64,000 bases of DNA from Cycas panzhihuaensis (GCA_023213395.1 CM041465.1:47003741-47067740), one strand, 5' to 3'. Positions 38,442 through 52,200 are shown, numbered from the stretch's first letter. The notes: generated by a model from the letters alone, not told the origin. A program made the numbers and translations.

Positions 38442-41393
38442 TGTTGGAATATTAATGCACATTTGTTTTATCCCACATGCAAGTGGGGTCCTACTCTTCC
38501 AATATGACTTGTATTATAAATACACAATATTGTGTATCATATGTAACGTTGTTGTAATGATATTCTTAATACAATGGAGGTACCTTAAGGGTACCGTTCG
38601 ATCCTATGGAGATGTGTTTTGTTCTATTTGTAAATATCTTATTGCAGGTCTATTTTCCAACATGGTATCAAAGCGCCCAGGTTGAGAGAGGTGTTTTTGT
38701 TCAGTATTAAAGCAGTGATTTGGGAGGTGCCATAACGTTGAAATTTCTAAAAAGCAATAGTGAAATTGAGACGAAATAGCTCGTTCCATAAAATTTGAGT
38801 GGTCGCACTATAGATTTTGGGGTGAAAATGCAAAAATTGCAGCAGAATTAATTTCGGCCTGCATTTTTTTTGTCACCGTATTTTTGTGATAGATTTGCAA
38901 CTTCAACTTCAAGGAGCCATAACTTTGGCTACAGGTATCCAAATGACCTCAATTTTTTTTCGATTCTGTGTGGTTTTGAATTCTCTTTCTAATGGAAGTG
39001 GTTTGAGATTTATCAGAGTTCAAAATAAAAATTTATAAGTAATTTATCAGAAGGTACTATTACAGCCCCTAGAAACCCTAATTGTGAAATTCTTAAAAGG
39101 AGCATAACTTTTGATCTGGATATCAAAATTTAATTTCATCTGAACCGTTGGAATCGTATTTCAGAGGCCATCATTTCCATCCATATTTTACGTATTTTTG
39201 AGCTATACTTTTTTTCAGAAATAAGTTTTTGGGAATTTAAGGGTTTCATATTTATATGGTGACATGAATGAGGCAATGATAATGAGGTGATATAAGTGTT
39301 TTATACTCTTAATTGGTGACAAAGTAGTGAAATTTGGCATTGGCATAGTACTATCTTGCATGTGATTTACATAAGTTAGGTGATGTTGCAATATGAGGTG
39401 TTGCATACATTGTGCATGGGAGAGTATTGTTGCAATGTGAGATGATATTAAGTTACGTTGATGTGAATGTATTTGGCACTCTATTGGTGATTCGAAGTGC
39501 ATGATGGTGATTGTTTAATGGAAAATTAAGTGCTTACTTACATGTGTTCATATGAGAGAGCTATTGTGATGATGACATAGTATGGTGATGAAGTGACAGT
39601 GCATGTGTTTGCATGAATGAGTTGGGTGGAATATGGTGATTTAGTTCTCCTTGGAATGTGATTTATGTGAAGGGACTTTATGGGCATGATAAGGCTAATT
39701 TGAGGGTAAGAAAGATAGTGATATGAGGCGATGAGATGCTTGTTGCATGTGAGGTTAACATGACAAGATTGAGCAATTATTGGGCATGTAATGAGGATGA
39801 GATTAGGGATGTTTGATGATGTGTTCTAGTTGATTGAATGGGCAAAGAATGATGAGTTTTTTGTTGAAGTTACATGAGTTGCAAGTGCAATGGCATGAGT
39901 TGTGTGTTTTGGACAATCAAGTGAAGTGTGTATCTTGATAGCAACACATGACATGTATGATCATCGTGAGATTTATGAGGCATCGATTTGGATAAGTGAG
40001 TGTATTGATTGAAAAAGGGACGTGGTATGTGGAAATGGTATTTACAATCATGGAGGATAATGATGTGGTTATATATGCTCCTGAGAAAAATGAATATTAC
40101 TTAAGGGATTCACTTCTTCCAGTACCTAAATGCAATGGTGGAGACTACATTTTTTGGACAATTAAAATGAGATGTCTATTCATAGCTAGAGGTTTGTGGA
40201 AGATTGTTATGGATGCATATGATATCCCTAATAATGATGAAGAAAAAGAAATGCTTGAGAAGAAAGATAGAATTGCATTCATTATGATTCGTGCTGCATT
40301 CAATGAGATTGATCTTCCCTCCAAATTTCATTTTGTTATTCCTATGATTCTACATGCAAGTAATGCTAAAGAAGCTTGGGATTTTCTAAGGGAAGTATTT
40401 GAACAAACTCCTGAAGAGACACAACGAATGATTGAAAAAGCAATTAGGGCTAGTTATGGTACAGGTACAACGAATGAAGAAAATATCATTAACACTGATG
40501 AAACAACATGTCAAGATGAAGAATGTATGAGTCTTGTGAAACTTCTCGAATGTAAAGAAACGATGGTTGAATGCATTGATGAGACTACAACTACTAATGA
40601 AGACATTGAAAGTGATGAGTTGATAAAGGTTTATATAGATGACACCATGATTTCAAGAGAGATTGAATATGAATCCGATGGTTCTATAAAGGACGAGTCT
40701 TATATTGATGATATTCTTACTTTGAGTATTGATTCAAGTTTGAATGATATTTCTTCTTTGAGCATTGTTTCAAGTTCAAAGAGTATGCAAGTTGATCAAG
40801 ACTCCACTCCTAAGGTTGAAGAAATCACTGTTGTACATAGTGTTTAAGAGTTTATACAAGATAATGATGACAGGCAATTTGTGATTGAAGATGGTTATTT
40901 ACAGGATCTACATCAAAATAAGACTAGACCAAGCACAATGAAGAATCATGATTTGCACTTGCTAGAGTTGCTACTTCAACATCATCACTACAGGATTGAA
41001 GATAGAAATCAAGTTGAGGACATCATCCTACAAAGGCATCAGTACATAATTGAAGATACAAATCAAGATAAAGACATCATTCTACAGCAAATACATCATT
41101 ACAAATTTGAAGACAAGGATCAAGTTGAAGACATCATTTTCGAGACACTTCCAAGGACAAGGCGTTACAAGTACAAATGATCCAAATGTGCATTAAGGGG
41201 GAGTGTTGGAATATTAATGCACATTTGTTTTATCCCACATGCAAGTGGGTTCCTACTCTCTCTATATTGGCATGTACTATAAATACACAACATAGTGTAT
41301 CATATTGTAATGATGTTGTAAGGATGTTTTGTTAATACAATGGAGGTACCTTAAGGGTATCGTTCAATCCTATGGAGATGTGTTTTGTTCTAT
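38442..41393 (+). mobile_element. Element G: non-autonomous Gag-only LTR element (TR-GAG-like) with truncated 3' LTR
   Basis: 5' LTR 38442-38662, PBS tggtatcaaagc at 38663-38674, PPT attaagggggag at 41192-41203 and 3' LTR 41204-41393. No pol. Confidence 0.9.
40034..41180 (+). pseudogene. Truncated copia-type Gag with acidic tail and His/Gln-rich repeats, in element G
   Basis: PKCNGGDYIFWTIKMRCLFIARGLWKIV...NAKEAWDFLREVF. ORFs 39996-40847 and 40881-41180 are in one frame, separated by a single TAA. Confidence 0.82.
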
Positions 41394-44300
41394 GTGCCTT
41401 CTATATGTAGTAAGCTCACAAGGCTAGTGACTATTCTCTATGCAAAGACATGACATAGCTTAGATATATATACCTGCTTACTCTGATCTCAGGTTCCAAT
41501 GGCTGCAACGAATGTATATGACCTCACACCCACTCACCATGCAATATTCTAACTCCACATAGTTAGCAAATCTCCCAATTAGCTTTAATTCGGTTGGAAA
41601 CAAGTATCTTACTAGCGACCAAATAACTAAGGATTACAGATTTAGAAATAGGGGGCACTAACACTTGCATAAACCAAAATAACCTCCTTCACTCATCCAC
41701 AAACCATCGAGCATTAACAGTACCTACAAAAATAAATAATAGAATCATTGGGAGCATATGCATGATCATTGTACCTCTACAGTTGTTCTTTCAGTTGTTA
41801 GATAAGCTAATCATCAAAGGGTGAGCCAACATTACCTGGCAACCAATGATCAAATAATCCACCCAATATTTGCCTAATTGTACCACCTTCTACTCTAATA
41901 CCATGTTAGAAAATACCAAATAGATAGATATGATGCTAGATTATTTATGTACGTAAAAGACTTAAATAGAACAAGCACACAAGATAAATAGATTTGACAT
42001 GAGAACATTTTCAGGAAAAATCCACTATAGAATATATTATTATATTTTTATAAATCTACATTGTACAATACAATGGACTTTAATCTATATTTATAGATCA
42101 TAAGTGCCTCAAATAATAATATTTGGGTTTACATCCATTGGCTTATATATATCACAATTTTACATCAATATTTTACCATATTTATATTAGTTGGTAAGTG
42201 GTCTATAATACCACTTTAATGTTTAAGAAAACACTTCATATATTGGTTGGTATTAGTTGATAATTGATGGTTATATTATAGGTTAATTACTCTTAGTTGA
42301 TCCCTACTGATTCTAAATGATTACATACAAGTTTTTATAGGTTGATAATTATAGATATACAAGTTAATGCTTATAGAAAACAAACAAATATATGAGATTA
42401 CAAGTTATAGGTGATAGCATTTAACATAAATACAGATATAGATATATATATATAAGATCTAGAAGACAATAAACATGAAGACATAAGGACTTAAAGACCA
42501 AGATTCAAAGACATAAATATTAAGGGGTAATGTTGGAATATGTGATTTAATCACATATGTAATATTTAATGTTATAGTTGACATATACATAATTCCACAA
42601 ATCATATGCATTGAGATATGTGAGATGCATATATATCTATGATTAGATGCCATTAGATGATATAATGACTCGAGAAAAACTATAGGCTACTCATGAGGTG
42701 AATAATGATATAAATATATACATATATCACTTGAGAACTTGAGAAAGGTCCTTGACCTGAAGATATATTTATTATGATCATGAAAAGAGCTCTGCACTCC
42801 ACCTTCTCCTATCGTTTTTTTCATACTGGGTTCTCCACATATAAATCTAGTGCCTCTCTTGTCGTGAATGCTTATGATGCTTATTGGTGCATGCTTTATC
42901 TATTACATTACTTTACATTTGTGTTTATCCTTTATATGTATACATATCTTATAAGATAATTTAGTCATTATATATGCATGTTATATTCTATTGTGTTATA
43001 CTCTACATTTCTAATTTGATATCAAAGTTATAATTATAAATTCCAACACAAAGTATAGAAGGTTAAATAGATACCAAAATGAGAATGGACCTATCATTGT
43101 ACCATTACTCTAACAAATATCAATCAAATTTGGTATCAGTACTATGAAAAAGCACAAAGGGTTAAACTAGATGTATTAACAATAGACTTTGTTATCACTT
43201 TTTCTTGTCATAATCCATAGGCTTAGACACAGTTGGTCCTTTTAGTCATAAAGGAAAAAATGCAAACTCCCATAGTAAAATATTTTCAGGAAAAAGCATA
43301 ATGGACAAAGGGTAGAACTAGAACCCTTATCAAACAAAGATAGTTACAAGGAATTAAAAAAATTTCCTCTATCATATTTTGTATTAGAATATAGAGAGAG
43401 GTAAATAAGTCAACTTCTAACACATGTATTATAACCAAATAGGAAATCAACGCAATGTGAAGAATTGAAACTACCAAAAGATAAATATTGGCATGGAGGA
43501 GCAACCCAAGTATGTCACCATGGGTGACAATTAGGATTAGGAAATGTTAAACCAAGAGACAATACTATTTGTCAAATACATGTGATTTCATGGTCCTATA
43601 GGGACCTTATGGGGATTCCCTCTAAGCTTAATGAACACAAGATTGAGTTAATAGAAGGTGCCAAACCAATTAGGCAGCGTCCTTATAGAATGAATCCAAA
43701 ATATAAGGACTGAGTTAAAGCTAAGCTAGACAAATTATTAGAAGCAAGATATATCTTTGAAGTAGAAAACAATGATTAAGTCTACCTAGTAGTGGTTGTT
43801 CCTAAAGAGAAAGAGAAATTACATATTTCTATAGACTATAGAGTGCTAAGTAAAGTCATAAAATGTGATCCATTTCCCATACCTTTTATAGAGGATATCC
43901 TTGAAAAGGTGGGAGGGGATGAGGTGGTCTCATTTACTGATGGATCCAATGGATACAACCAAGCTCAGATTGTTCCAAAAGATCAATTGAAGACTACGTT
44001 TATCACATAGTGGGATATATACACATATAGAGCGATGCCATTTGCCCTAACAAATGCCCCAACAACCTTCCATCAAGTGATCTTAAATATTTTTTGGCAG
44101 ACCATGGGGAAAGCTATTAAAGTTTTTTTGGATGATTATATATTGTATACTTTACTAGAAAATCATTTGAGTAATTTAATACTAATGTTTGAAATATGTG
44201 AAAAGAACAACATGTGCTTAAATCTAGAAAGGTATACCTTTATGGTACCTTTTAGTTCATTGTTGGGTTACATTGTGATGAAGGGGGGACTCTTCATAAA

Positions 44301-45614
44301 TCCATCTAAAGTTTTAGTTATCTTCAACTTTCCAATGCCTAAGGCTATAAAGAATCTAAAGGGATTCTTAGGTATGTCAGAATACTATCAAAAGTTCATT
44401 TGAGAATATACCAAGATTGACAACCCTCTTGAATTCCTACTTAAGAAGATAGTAGCATGGAAATGGATGTTGAAACAGCAACTAGTGTTTAATTTGTTAA
44501 AGAAGAAGGTTGCACAAGAGCTAGTACTTTAATTTTCCAATTGGGAAAAACCTTTTCACATATATATAGATGCATTGCTACATGCAATTGGCTATGCATT
44601 GACTCAACCAAGAAAAGGGAATGTTGATCTTCTAATATATTTTTTTAAGAGGAAACTCACATAAGTAGAGAGAAATTACTTCATTATCAAACGAGAAGGG
44701 CTCAAAATGGTCTACACTTTACAAAAGATTTGACATTATCTACTAACTAATCCTTTTGTGTTTTTTGTAGACCACTAAACATTACAGTATTTGATCAATA
44801 AACCAAACTTGCAGGGGAGGATTGCTCATTAGCTAATGTTATTTCAAAAAATTACATTCAAAATAATTATAAAAAAGGTGAGAAACATATTATTCCAAAT
44901 CAACCATCCAGAATTGAAGAAGGTGAAAAAGTAACAAGAATAAGGGATGATTTCCCTGATCATAAGTTATTTGTAATTGAGGTGGTGCCATCCTAGTATG
45001 AGGGAATTATGGAATACTTAACAATGAAACAAACACCAATAAGGCCAAATCGAGTGAAGCAGAAAAACTTTATCAAGAAAGCCTTTCTATTTTAACTAGT
45101 ACATGGAATATTATATAAATTGCACCTTAATAAACTTTTACATAGATACATTTTAGAGCATGAAATATAGGGTGTCTTGAAGGAAGCCCATGAAGGAGTG
45201 GCATCTAGTCAATATGGAAGTGAAAGTATGACTTGAAAATTTCTACTAGCAAGTTTGTGGTGGCCTACATTATTTGAAGATACTAATAAATGGGTGAAAT
45301 CTGTGATATTTGTTAGTGGGTAGGAAAACCCTTAAAACAACACTTTCTATCATTATGCCTCATATTGGCTAGAGCTCCATTCAAGAAATAAGGACTAGAC
45401 TTTATTAGTCCAATCAACTCAATTGCATAAAGAACAAATGCCCAATACATCCTAGTAGCCATAAATTTTGTAACTAAATATATATAGGCTAGGCCTATGA
45501 GATAATGTGATGTAATGAGTATTATTAAGTTTCTATATGAGGCAATCATTATTCTATTCGATTATGCATTAGAGATAGTATCAAATCAGGGAGGTAGTTT
45601 CTTGAACCAAACCA

Positions 45615-46871
45615 TCAAACACCTAATAATTGAGTTTCTAATACATCATAAATCTTCATCATATTATCCACAAGCAAATGGTTAGGCAGAAAGTCCAAGC
45701 AAAATCCTAAAGGTGGCATTAATGAAAATTTATAATGCAGGATGTGTAAATTGGGCAAAGAGACTACATTCTTTACTTTGGATAGATCGAATGATAAGAA
45801 AATGACCTCACAAGCAAATACTATTTTATTTGCACAGGCATGAGGTTCCCTTGAATTTTAGGCTAAAAGTATTTGAGTACTTGATCCACTATGTTTAGGG
45901 AAAGAAGAATCACATGACCAATGTCTCATATGAGTAATGAAATTAGATAAGAAACATACCAAAGCATTATGGGAATTGAAAGCAGAGAAGGAGATAAAGA
46001 AAGTGTGGAACGATAAGCATTTATAGGAATTGTAATACCAGGTTGGTGGTATTACAATTCTTGTAAGTGCTTATTGTTCCATGCTTTCCTTATCTCCATC
46101 TCTGCTTTCAATTCCCATAATGATCTGGTATGTTTCTTATCTAATTTCATTACTCATATGAGACATTGGTCATGTGATTCTTCTTTTCCTAAACATAGTG
46201 GATCAACTACTTGAATGCTTTAAGCCTAAAATTCAAGGGGAACTATGGCCTCTAACATGTACACCAACTAAAATAGTATTTGCTTGTGAGGTCATTTTAT
46301 TATCATTCGATCTATCCAAAGTAAAGAATGTAGTCTCTTTGCCCAATTTGCACATCCTGCATTATAAATTTTCATTAATGCTACCTTTAGGATTTTGCTT
46401 GTACTTCCTGCCTAACCATTTGCTTGTGGATAATATGGTATTACAATTCCCGTAAATGCGTATCGTTCCATGCTTTCCTTATCTCCTTCTCTGCTTTCAA
46501 TTCCCATAATGCTCTGGTATGTTTCTTATCTAATTTCATTACTTATATGAGACATTGGTCATGTGATTCTTCTTTCCCTAAACATAGTCGATCAACTACT
46601 CAAATGCTTTTAGCCTAAAATTCAAGGGGAACTATGGCCTCTAACATGTACACCAACTGAAATAGTATTTGCTTGTGAGGTCATTTTCTTATTATTCGAC
46701 CTATTCAAAGTAAAGAATGTAGTCTCTTTGCCCAATTTGCACATCCTACATTATAAATTTTCATTAATGCTACCTTTAGCATTTTGCTTGTACTTTCTGC
46801 CTAACCATTTGCTTGTGGATAATAGGGTGAAGATTTATGATGTATTAGAAACTCAATTGTTAGGTGTTTGA
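45615..46871. repeat. Inverted triplication: one forward and two tandem inverted copies of an integrase segment
   Basis: 46047-46435 is the reverse complement of ~45662-46040, with a 6-nt loop ggttgg. 46436-46871 is the reverse complement of 45615-46040. Confidence 0.95.
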
Positions 46872-48784
46872 ATAAAACTATATGGTAATAAATTCTGAAT
46901 AAGACTAGGCAAGATGAAATTTTAGTGGTTAGGACCATATAGAGTTAAATCATATAGGATCAAATGAAGCAATTTAGATCAAACAATTAGATATAAAAGT
47001 ATTGACCAAATTGGTTGATGGTAGCAAATTTAAGCAGTACAAATATTTTTTAAAAAATGGACATGAACCAAGGGAATGAGATTCTTTTGCAAACAGGTCT
47101 TATGAAGCAATTAAGGACATGATTGCAATAGAAAGGCAGACAAACAAAAGCGGATGATATGACATGCACAAAAGGTAAAAGGATAGTTGGCAACCATTAT
47201 CATTCCTAAGTAATCATTATAGAAAGGCATATTCCTTTTAATTATTATGGCAGTTAAGGCACATGATCTTTTATGATTATTTGAATTCTTCAAAAATAGC
47301 AAAGAAGCATAATAAACATTACAGAGGGAGCAATGGAACAATGGTAGCTATGGATATTTTACAGGCAAACATGTGCTTCAAGGAATGTAATGAAGTATGG
47401 ATTTGAAATAAATGGAAAGCAATGATAACTCAAGATGTAAGGAAAATCATTATTATATCCATTAGATTCGAATAATAAATTAATACAACATCTCTACCCA
47501 TCATTCCTAAATTTCTTTTACTTGTTTTATCAATAGTTACCTTTTAACCTTATATTTTAGATTTTTCTATAGAAGCAATTACTTGGGTAATGGGCCTTCT
47601 AGCTAAAGGTGAAGAAGTACTAATAGATAGGCAAATTACATGGAGGGATGTGGCATGTGAATTAGGTATAGACATCATAAGAGTCTTAGGGCTTAGCATC
47701 AAAATTTTAGGAATTTGCTCAAAAGCAACCAAGTGGATTGCATACTTCTTGTTCACTAAGGTGACTCCAGGGTAGAAGAATTCATACATACCACCAAACC
47801 TAAGATCAATGCTAACACGAGTTATAAAGGAAGAAAAGTTTAATTGGACAAAATTTCTCTAAAAAACATTCCAACAAGATTTGATGTAAATTGAACACTT
47901 AAGACAAACAGTGGAATTTTTCCATTTAAGCCTGCTTCAAGGGTTAATCTTCACCTAATGTTAAGAAGTTCAACTATTAATCCTAGAGCTAGGATAATCT
48001 CCATTGGTCATGTGGATAAAGCATTTCAATTGAAAGAATACAGATTCAATAGAATTCTAGTAGATTATAAGGGAACAAAATGTTGCCAAAGCAAGGATTT
48101 AATAGTGATGGCAGGAAGCGACATCCTCTCCCCCTAGGGATATAGTGTAGGAGGAAGAAAAAGATATAGAAATATAACAAGTGGAAACCTCACATGAAAC
48201 AAAAGAAAAACAAATAAAAAAGTTGGAAATAAGAGAAGGCAAAATGACTATGGAAGAAGAAATACAAGTAGAGGTAGACATAAAAAATGGAGAGGAAGCA
48301 CAACCCACTACTAATGATAAAGTTATACACATAAGCCAAAGGGAATCGATCCCTCAAGAGACATTGAGAAAGGAGACCACGAGGAAAAGGAAAAAAGGAG
48401 CTAGTGGATTTATATGACAATATAGCCAAATTATAGACGAGCGAACTTCTAAACATGAAGTAGTTGGAAGCTTAGCAATATGTTCTCATTTTATATGACT
48501 TTGTTCATTTGAAAGGTTGGATTCCCCAATCTAATATCATACAACCTAATCTGATATATCTAAAATAAGAAATTACAAATTTGAAATAGGTAGGGGAAGA
48601 GGCTTGCATAGAAGGACAGTCCTCAAGATGGTTGTGCTTCAAAATTTTGAGGGGGTAGGATAGAAAAAAAATTTAAATTTTTGGTCAAGTGAGGGTATTC
48701 GATGGAGCAATGCTGGGGGGGATATGTATGGTAAGGTACAAATAGAAGATAAATTTTAATTAGTAAGGCCAAGCAGACTCTACA

Positions 48785-49045
48785 TTACAACCTAAATTGC
48801 AAATAGAACTTAGGTTGTAACCAAAGATTACAAACTAGATTTAGGTTGCAAATGTAAATTGCAAATAAAAACTAGGTTGTAACCATAGATTGCAAACATG
48901 ACTCAGGTTACAACCACATAGTACAAATAGGACCCAGGTTGTAACCACAACTTGTAAATACGACCCAAGTTATAACCATAGATTGCAAATAGAACCCAGG
49001 TTGCAACCATAGATTGCAAGCATGGCCTAGATTGCACTTGGAGAT
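48785..49045 (+). repeat. ~30-bp tandem repeat in the element H LTR
   Basis: About 8 degenerate units of GATTGCAAATAGAACCCAGGTTGCAACCATA. Confidence 0.85.
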
Positions 49046-49320
49046 TATAGCCAGTTAATGGATTATAATCTAAACAAAGACTAAAAGAAGTTTAAATATT
49101 AATCATAGTGATTAAGTAATCAGTTAAAGGAATGACTCCACCCATAACTGTATAAAGATGTAATTACTTTATGTTATGACATCATAGGTTTAGGAATTTT
49201 CTTATCTTCTTGTTATATGGCTTTAACCAAATTTGTCCTTATTCAGTTCCTAGTTTATACCATTCTCAAGATTACATTTAGTTGTGAGAGCACTAGATGT
49301 AATACCCTATTTGATTAATA

Positions 49321-49890
49321 TAGACGTTGCTTATGCCCTTGAACTCCCACCCATCACTAAAATCCATAATGTTTTTTATGTTTTATATCTTAAAAAGCAC
49401 CTTAGTAAAGACACAATCCTTGAGACTATTCTTCCAATCTTTGATGAAAAGTAAGTCCTCATTGTCCCACCAGATTATATCTTAGCTAGTTGGTAGCGCC
49501 ACCTCTGTAATAAGACTATCTTTTAAGTATTTGGTATAGTGGGTTGGCTATGAATCAAACAAAGCAATGTAGGAATCAATATACTTTGTTAAGCATCATT
49601 CTCATCTTCTTGGCTTCAAGGACATAGCATCTCAAGGGAGGGAACCTATTACATAAATATTTATTATTAGTAAGACTTGACTATTAGCATATGACTAGGA
49701 AGCCTAGTGGTTAGTGTTAGCCATTAACTTTTGTACATGGGTCACTTATTTCCTTTAATGGAATTGAATGTCACTTGTTTCTGCCAATAGTATTTTATGT
49801 AAAAGGCCTTTGTTATCTATTTAATGTCCACCAAATGTCAATTGAGGATTATTATGTATTGAGAACTTATATAAGAGTGTACTACAATGT
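49321..49890 (+). mobile_element. 3' fragment of a chromovirus (integrase C-terminus, chromodomain, PPT, LTR)
   Basis: VAYALELPPITKIHNVFYVLYLKKHL, YLV*WVGYESNKAM*ES and PPT agggagggaa at ~49635. Confidence 0.75.
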
Positions 49891-51699
49891 CTTTTAGTGA
49901 TCATGTAGTGCCCATTTAGTATCATTTACCTTGCGATCCCATGCAAGGGGGCTTTTAGAAAAATTGGAGTGGTAGCACTCTAGTTTTTCGAGAATAGAGC
50001 GAGAAAATGAGGTCCCATGATAGTTTCCTATTTCCCCTTGCCTGTCTTCCAGCCTTTGAATCTATGCCAAAATGGAAGGTTGTGATTTACAACATTCTTG
50101 GTGATGGCAAGTATACTTTTAACTATGGCAAGAGAAATTGTGACAAAAACGGGTAAAATTTCTTACCAATCATACCATGCCAGCAAATTAACGGTACCCT
50201 TCTATGGTTCTTGCTTAATTTAGTAATACATATTTTGTATTGTTGAAAAGTGCCACAATTAAGCGATTTTGCTCCGAGAATCCCAGAGAAGGTTCACTCT
50301 TCTCCTGCGAACAGGTTTCCATCCACTACATGGGATTGACTAGGCTGCAAAAATCGAAGCCTAGCCCCCCGTCCTCTTTTGTAATCTGCCTCTTTTGGTA
50401 ATAAAAGTGATTCATTTTACTGCCACAATATTCTATTAATGTGCCCTTTGAGCTTGCAAGTTAAATGTTTATAGAAGAATACTAGAAGGGAATTGTTCCA
50501 CAAGGGAATGACATCTTCATAATTAACAAGAGTTGTCATATGCAACATATTTAGAAAATAACATAAAGATGGCATAAACTCCTATAACATCTTGGCATTA
50601 GTAGGTAGTGGATTGAGTAAATACATCACTTTCCATAGACTTTGTGGATAAAGCATCTTGAGAAGGGAAAAAATATCATTGATCCAAATAAAAATAAATA
50701 ACAAGATTATTGAAAAACAAGTACATCGTAAGTATGGAGGAATCATTGAGAATAAGCCAATAAGATTAAGAGGTACAAGCATTATAGGAGACACTAATCA
50801 ACGTGTTGAAGAGCTACTGTCATTATTAATGTTATAAAAGGAATTATTTTTAAAACATGGAAGAATTATAATGAGCTTAAAATAAGTTGAAGTTGGTTTT
50901 ATAGGTTTTAATAATAAAAAATATATATTTATTTTTAAAGATGGCTTCAAAAATGATATATATAAATTTAAGAGCCAATTGTAATAGGCATATGGTTTTG
51001 ATATTTCTTTTAATAATAGATCGATTTTCCATTTTGGGTGCTTTGGTATTAGACGATGCTATCATATGCCATTTGATTATCTAGTTGTATATGCTACTTT
51101 GCTATTACATATAATGTTGTTCATATGTTACTACATTTACTATTTTTATTCTTTATCATCTATACTTGTTGTTCTTGTATATGTTATCTTTTGTTTGGGG
51201 GGTTATTTCACTACTCTTGGATGAGCTTTACAAGAGCATCAAACTCTCTACATCACCTCCTTAGGAGGTGTTACATGAGAATTAGTATAACTATCACCAA
51301 AATTAAAATCCAAACCATAAAAGCCATGTTTAGTACTATTGTTGACCTTGCTATAGCTACACATTGCCTTAACCATGTCATTAACTACCAAAAACTCCGT
51401 CAATCAAATAAAGGCCCAAGGTTGAATTATAATATAAAATATCAATTAATCCCCCTCATTGTTCAAATTCACAAAAAGGGTTGTCCAATCATATCTTGTT
51501 TTCTTAAGATTAATAGATGCATTCATTTGAATAAAAAATTTGTTGCATTCTACCATGCGAGAGGATGAATTATACTTTATAATTGATGAGTTAATAAACT
51601 AATAATAATTATCTTTTTGATTGATGATAGAGGGGTAATTGAGGAATCAACGTAATTATTTAAAAAAATAATTATTGAAATTTTAATTGAAAGAAAAAA

Positions 51700-52200
51700 A
51701 AAAGCGAAACGACGGAGGGGAATGTGTGAGGAACAAACATGTAATTAATACAAATAAATAAATTGACAAAGGCGATGCAAAGTCTGGAAAATAATCAGAC
51801 ATGTAGCTCAGAATATTTGAAAAAAGGATAACAGAGCAAAAAATCATAGAACCGAAAGAAAATGCGACGAAACATGGAATTCGTATTTGTGGGTTTCTCA
51901 TATATGAGTTTAACCTGGTAAGGAAGCCGCAAAACAGCATCGACGTACGTAGATTAACTCCGAACTCTCGGAGAATGTAGCTTGGAATTCCATGCAGAGA
52001 AGTGATCTAACGCCTGTAACGCGTGCGTAACCCGTTGCGACATGGCACACCACAATAAGTTCGCGACTGAAGTCTCTCACGCAATCTTCCATGCATTCAA
52101 ATTCAAAATTATGACATATACCTCGCTCTTGGACAAAACTCTTCCTGACTCAAAAGCACACAATTATAATTGTACCGAATGAATGAAGATAACAGGCAGG
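51700..52200 (+). promoter_or_regulatory. CpG-retaining putative promoter/5' region of the PPR gene
   Basis: Sharp local enrichment of CpG (e.g. cgacgtacg, acgcgtgcg) compared with the CpG-depleted TE flanks. Confidence 0.45.

Larger units (their letters stand above)
37438..41663. mobile_element. Probable solo LTR (~1.2 kb) inserted in element F and interrupted by element G
   Basis: Degenerate termini tataaatatc...gggggcactaaca with flanks cttac/cttgc. Non-coding and AT-rich. Confidence 0.5.
35121..42221 (-). mobile_element. Element F: internally deleted Ty1/copia element, nested in element D
   Basis: LTRs at 35121-35437 and 41904-42221, TSD ttcaa/tttaa, PBS tggtattagag at 41893-41903 (-) and PPT at 35438-35449. 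Remnants of INT, RT (KEGINYEEIFALV) and RH (QLVEVFTKAL). Confidence 0.88.
24684..43048 (+). mobile_element. Element D: highly degenerate Ty1/copia element hosting a nest of insertions
   Basis: Partial 5' LTR 24684-25121 matches the 3' LTR 42531-43048. PBS tggtattaga at 25122 and PPT attaaggggtaa at ~42519-42530. Decayed gag/pol at 25190-25515, 32091-35120 and 42222-42250. Confidence 0.8.
43049..49320 (+). mobile_element. Element H: 5'-truncated Athila-like gypsy (pol, extra ORF, 3' LTR)
   Basis: RT DPFPIPFIEDILEKVGGDEVVSFTDGSNGYNQ and VFLDD, RH FHIYIDA, INT YYPQANG and WLGPYRV. Extra ORF at ~47390-48460, PPT ggggggga at ~48715-48722 and LTR from 48725 (end approximate). Confidence 0.85.

Noticed and set aside
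48785-49045. CRISPR-like periodic ~30-bp repeats
   Set aside because: Head-to-tail degenerate repeats without unique spacers, inside a plant LTR, and no cas genes are present.
51125-51568. 147-aa hydrophobic ORF upstream of the PPR gene
   Set aside because: AT-rich low-complexity translation with no domain or coding-like composition.
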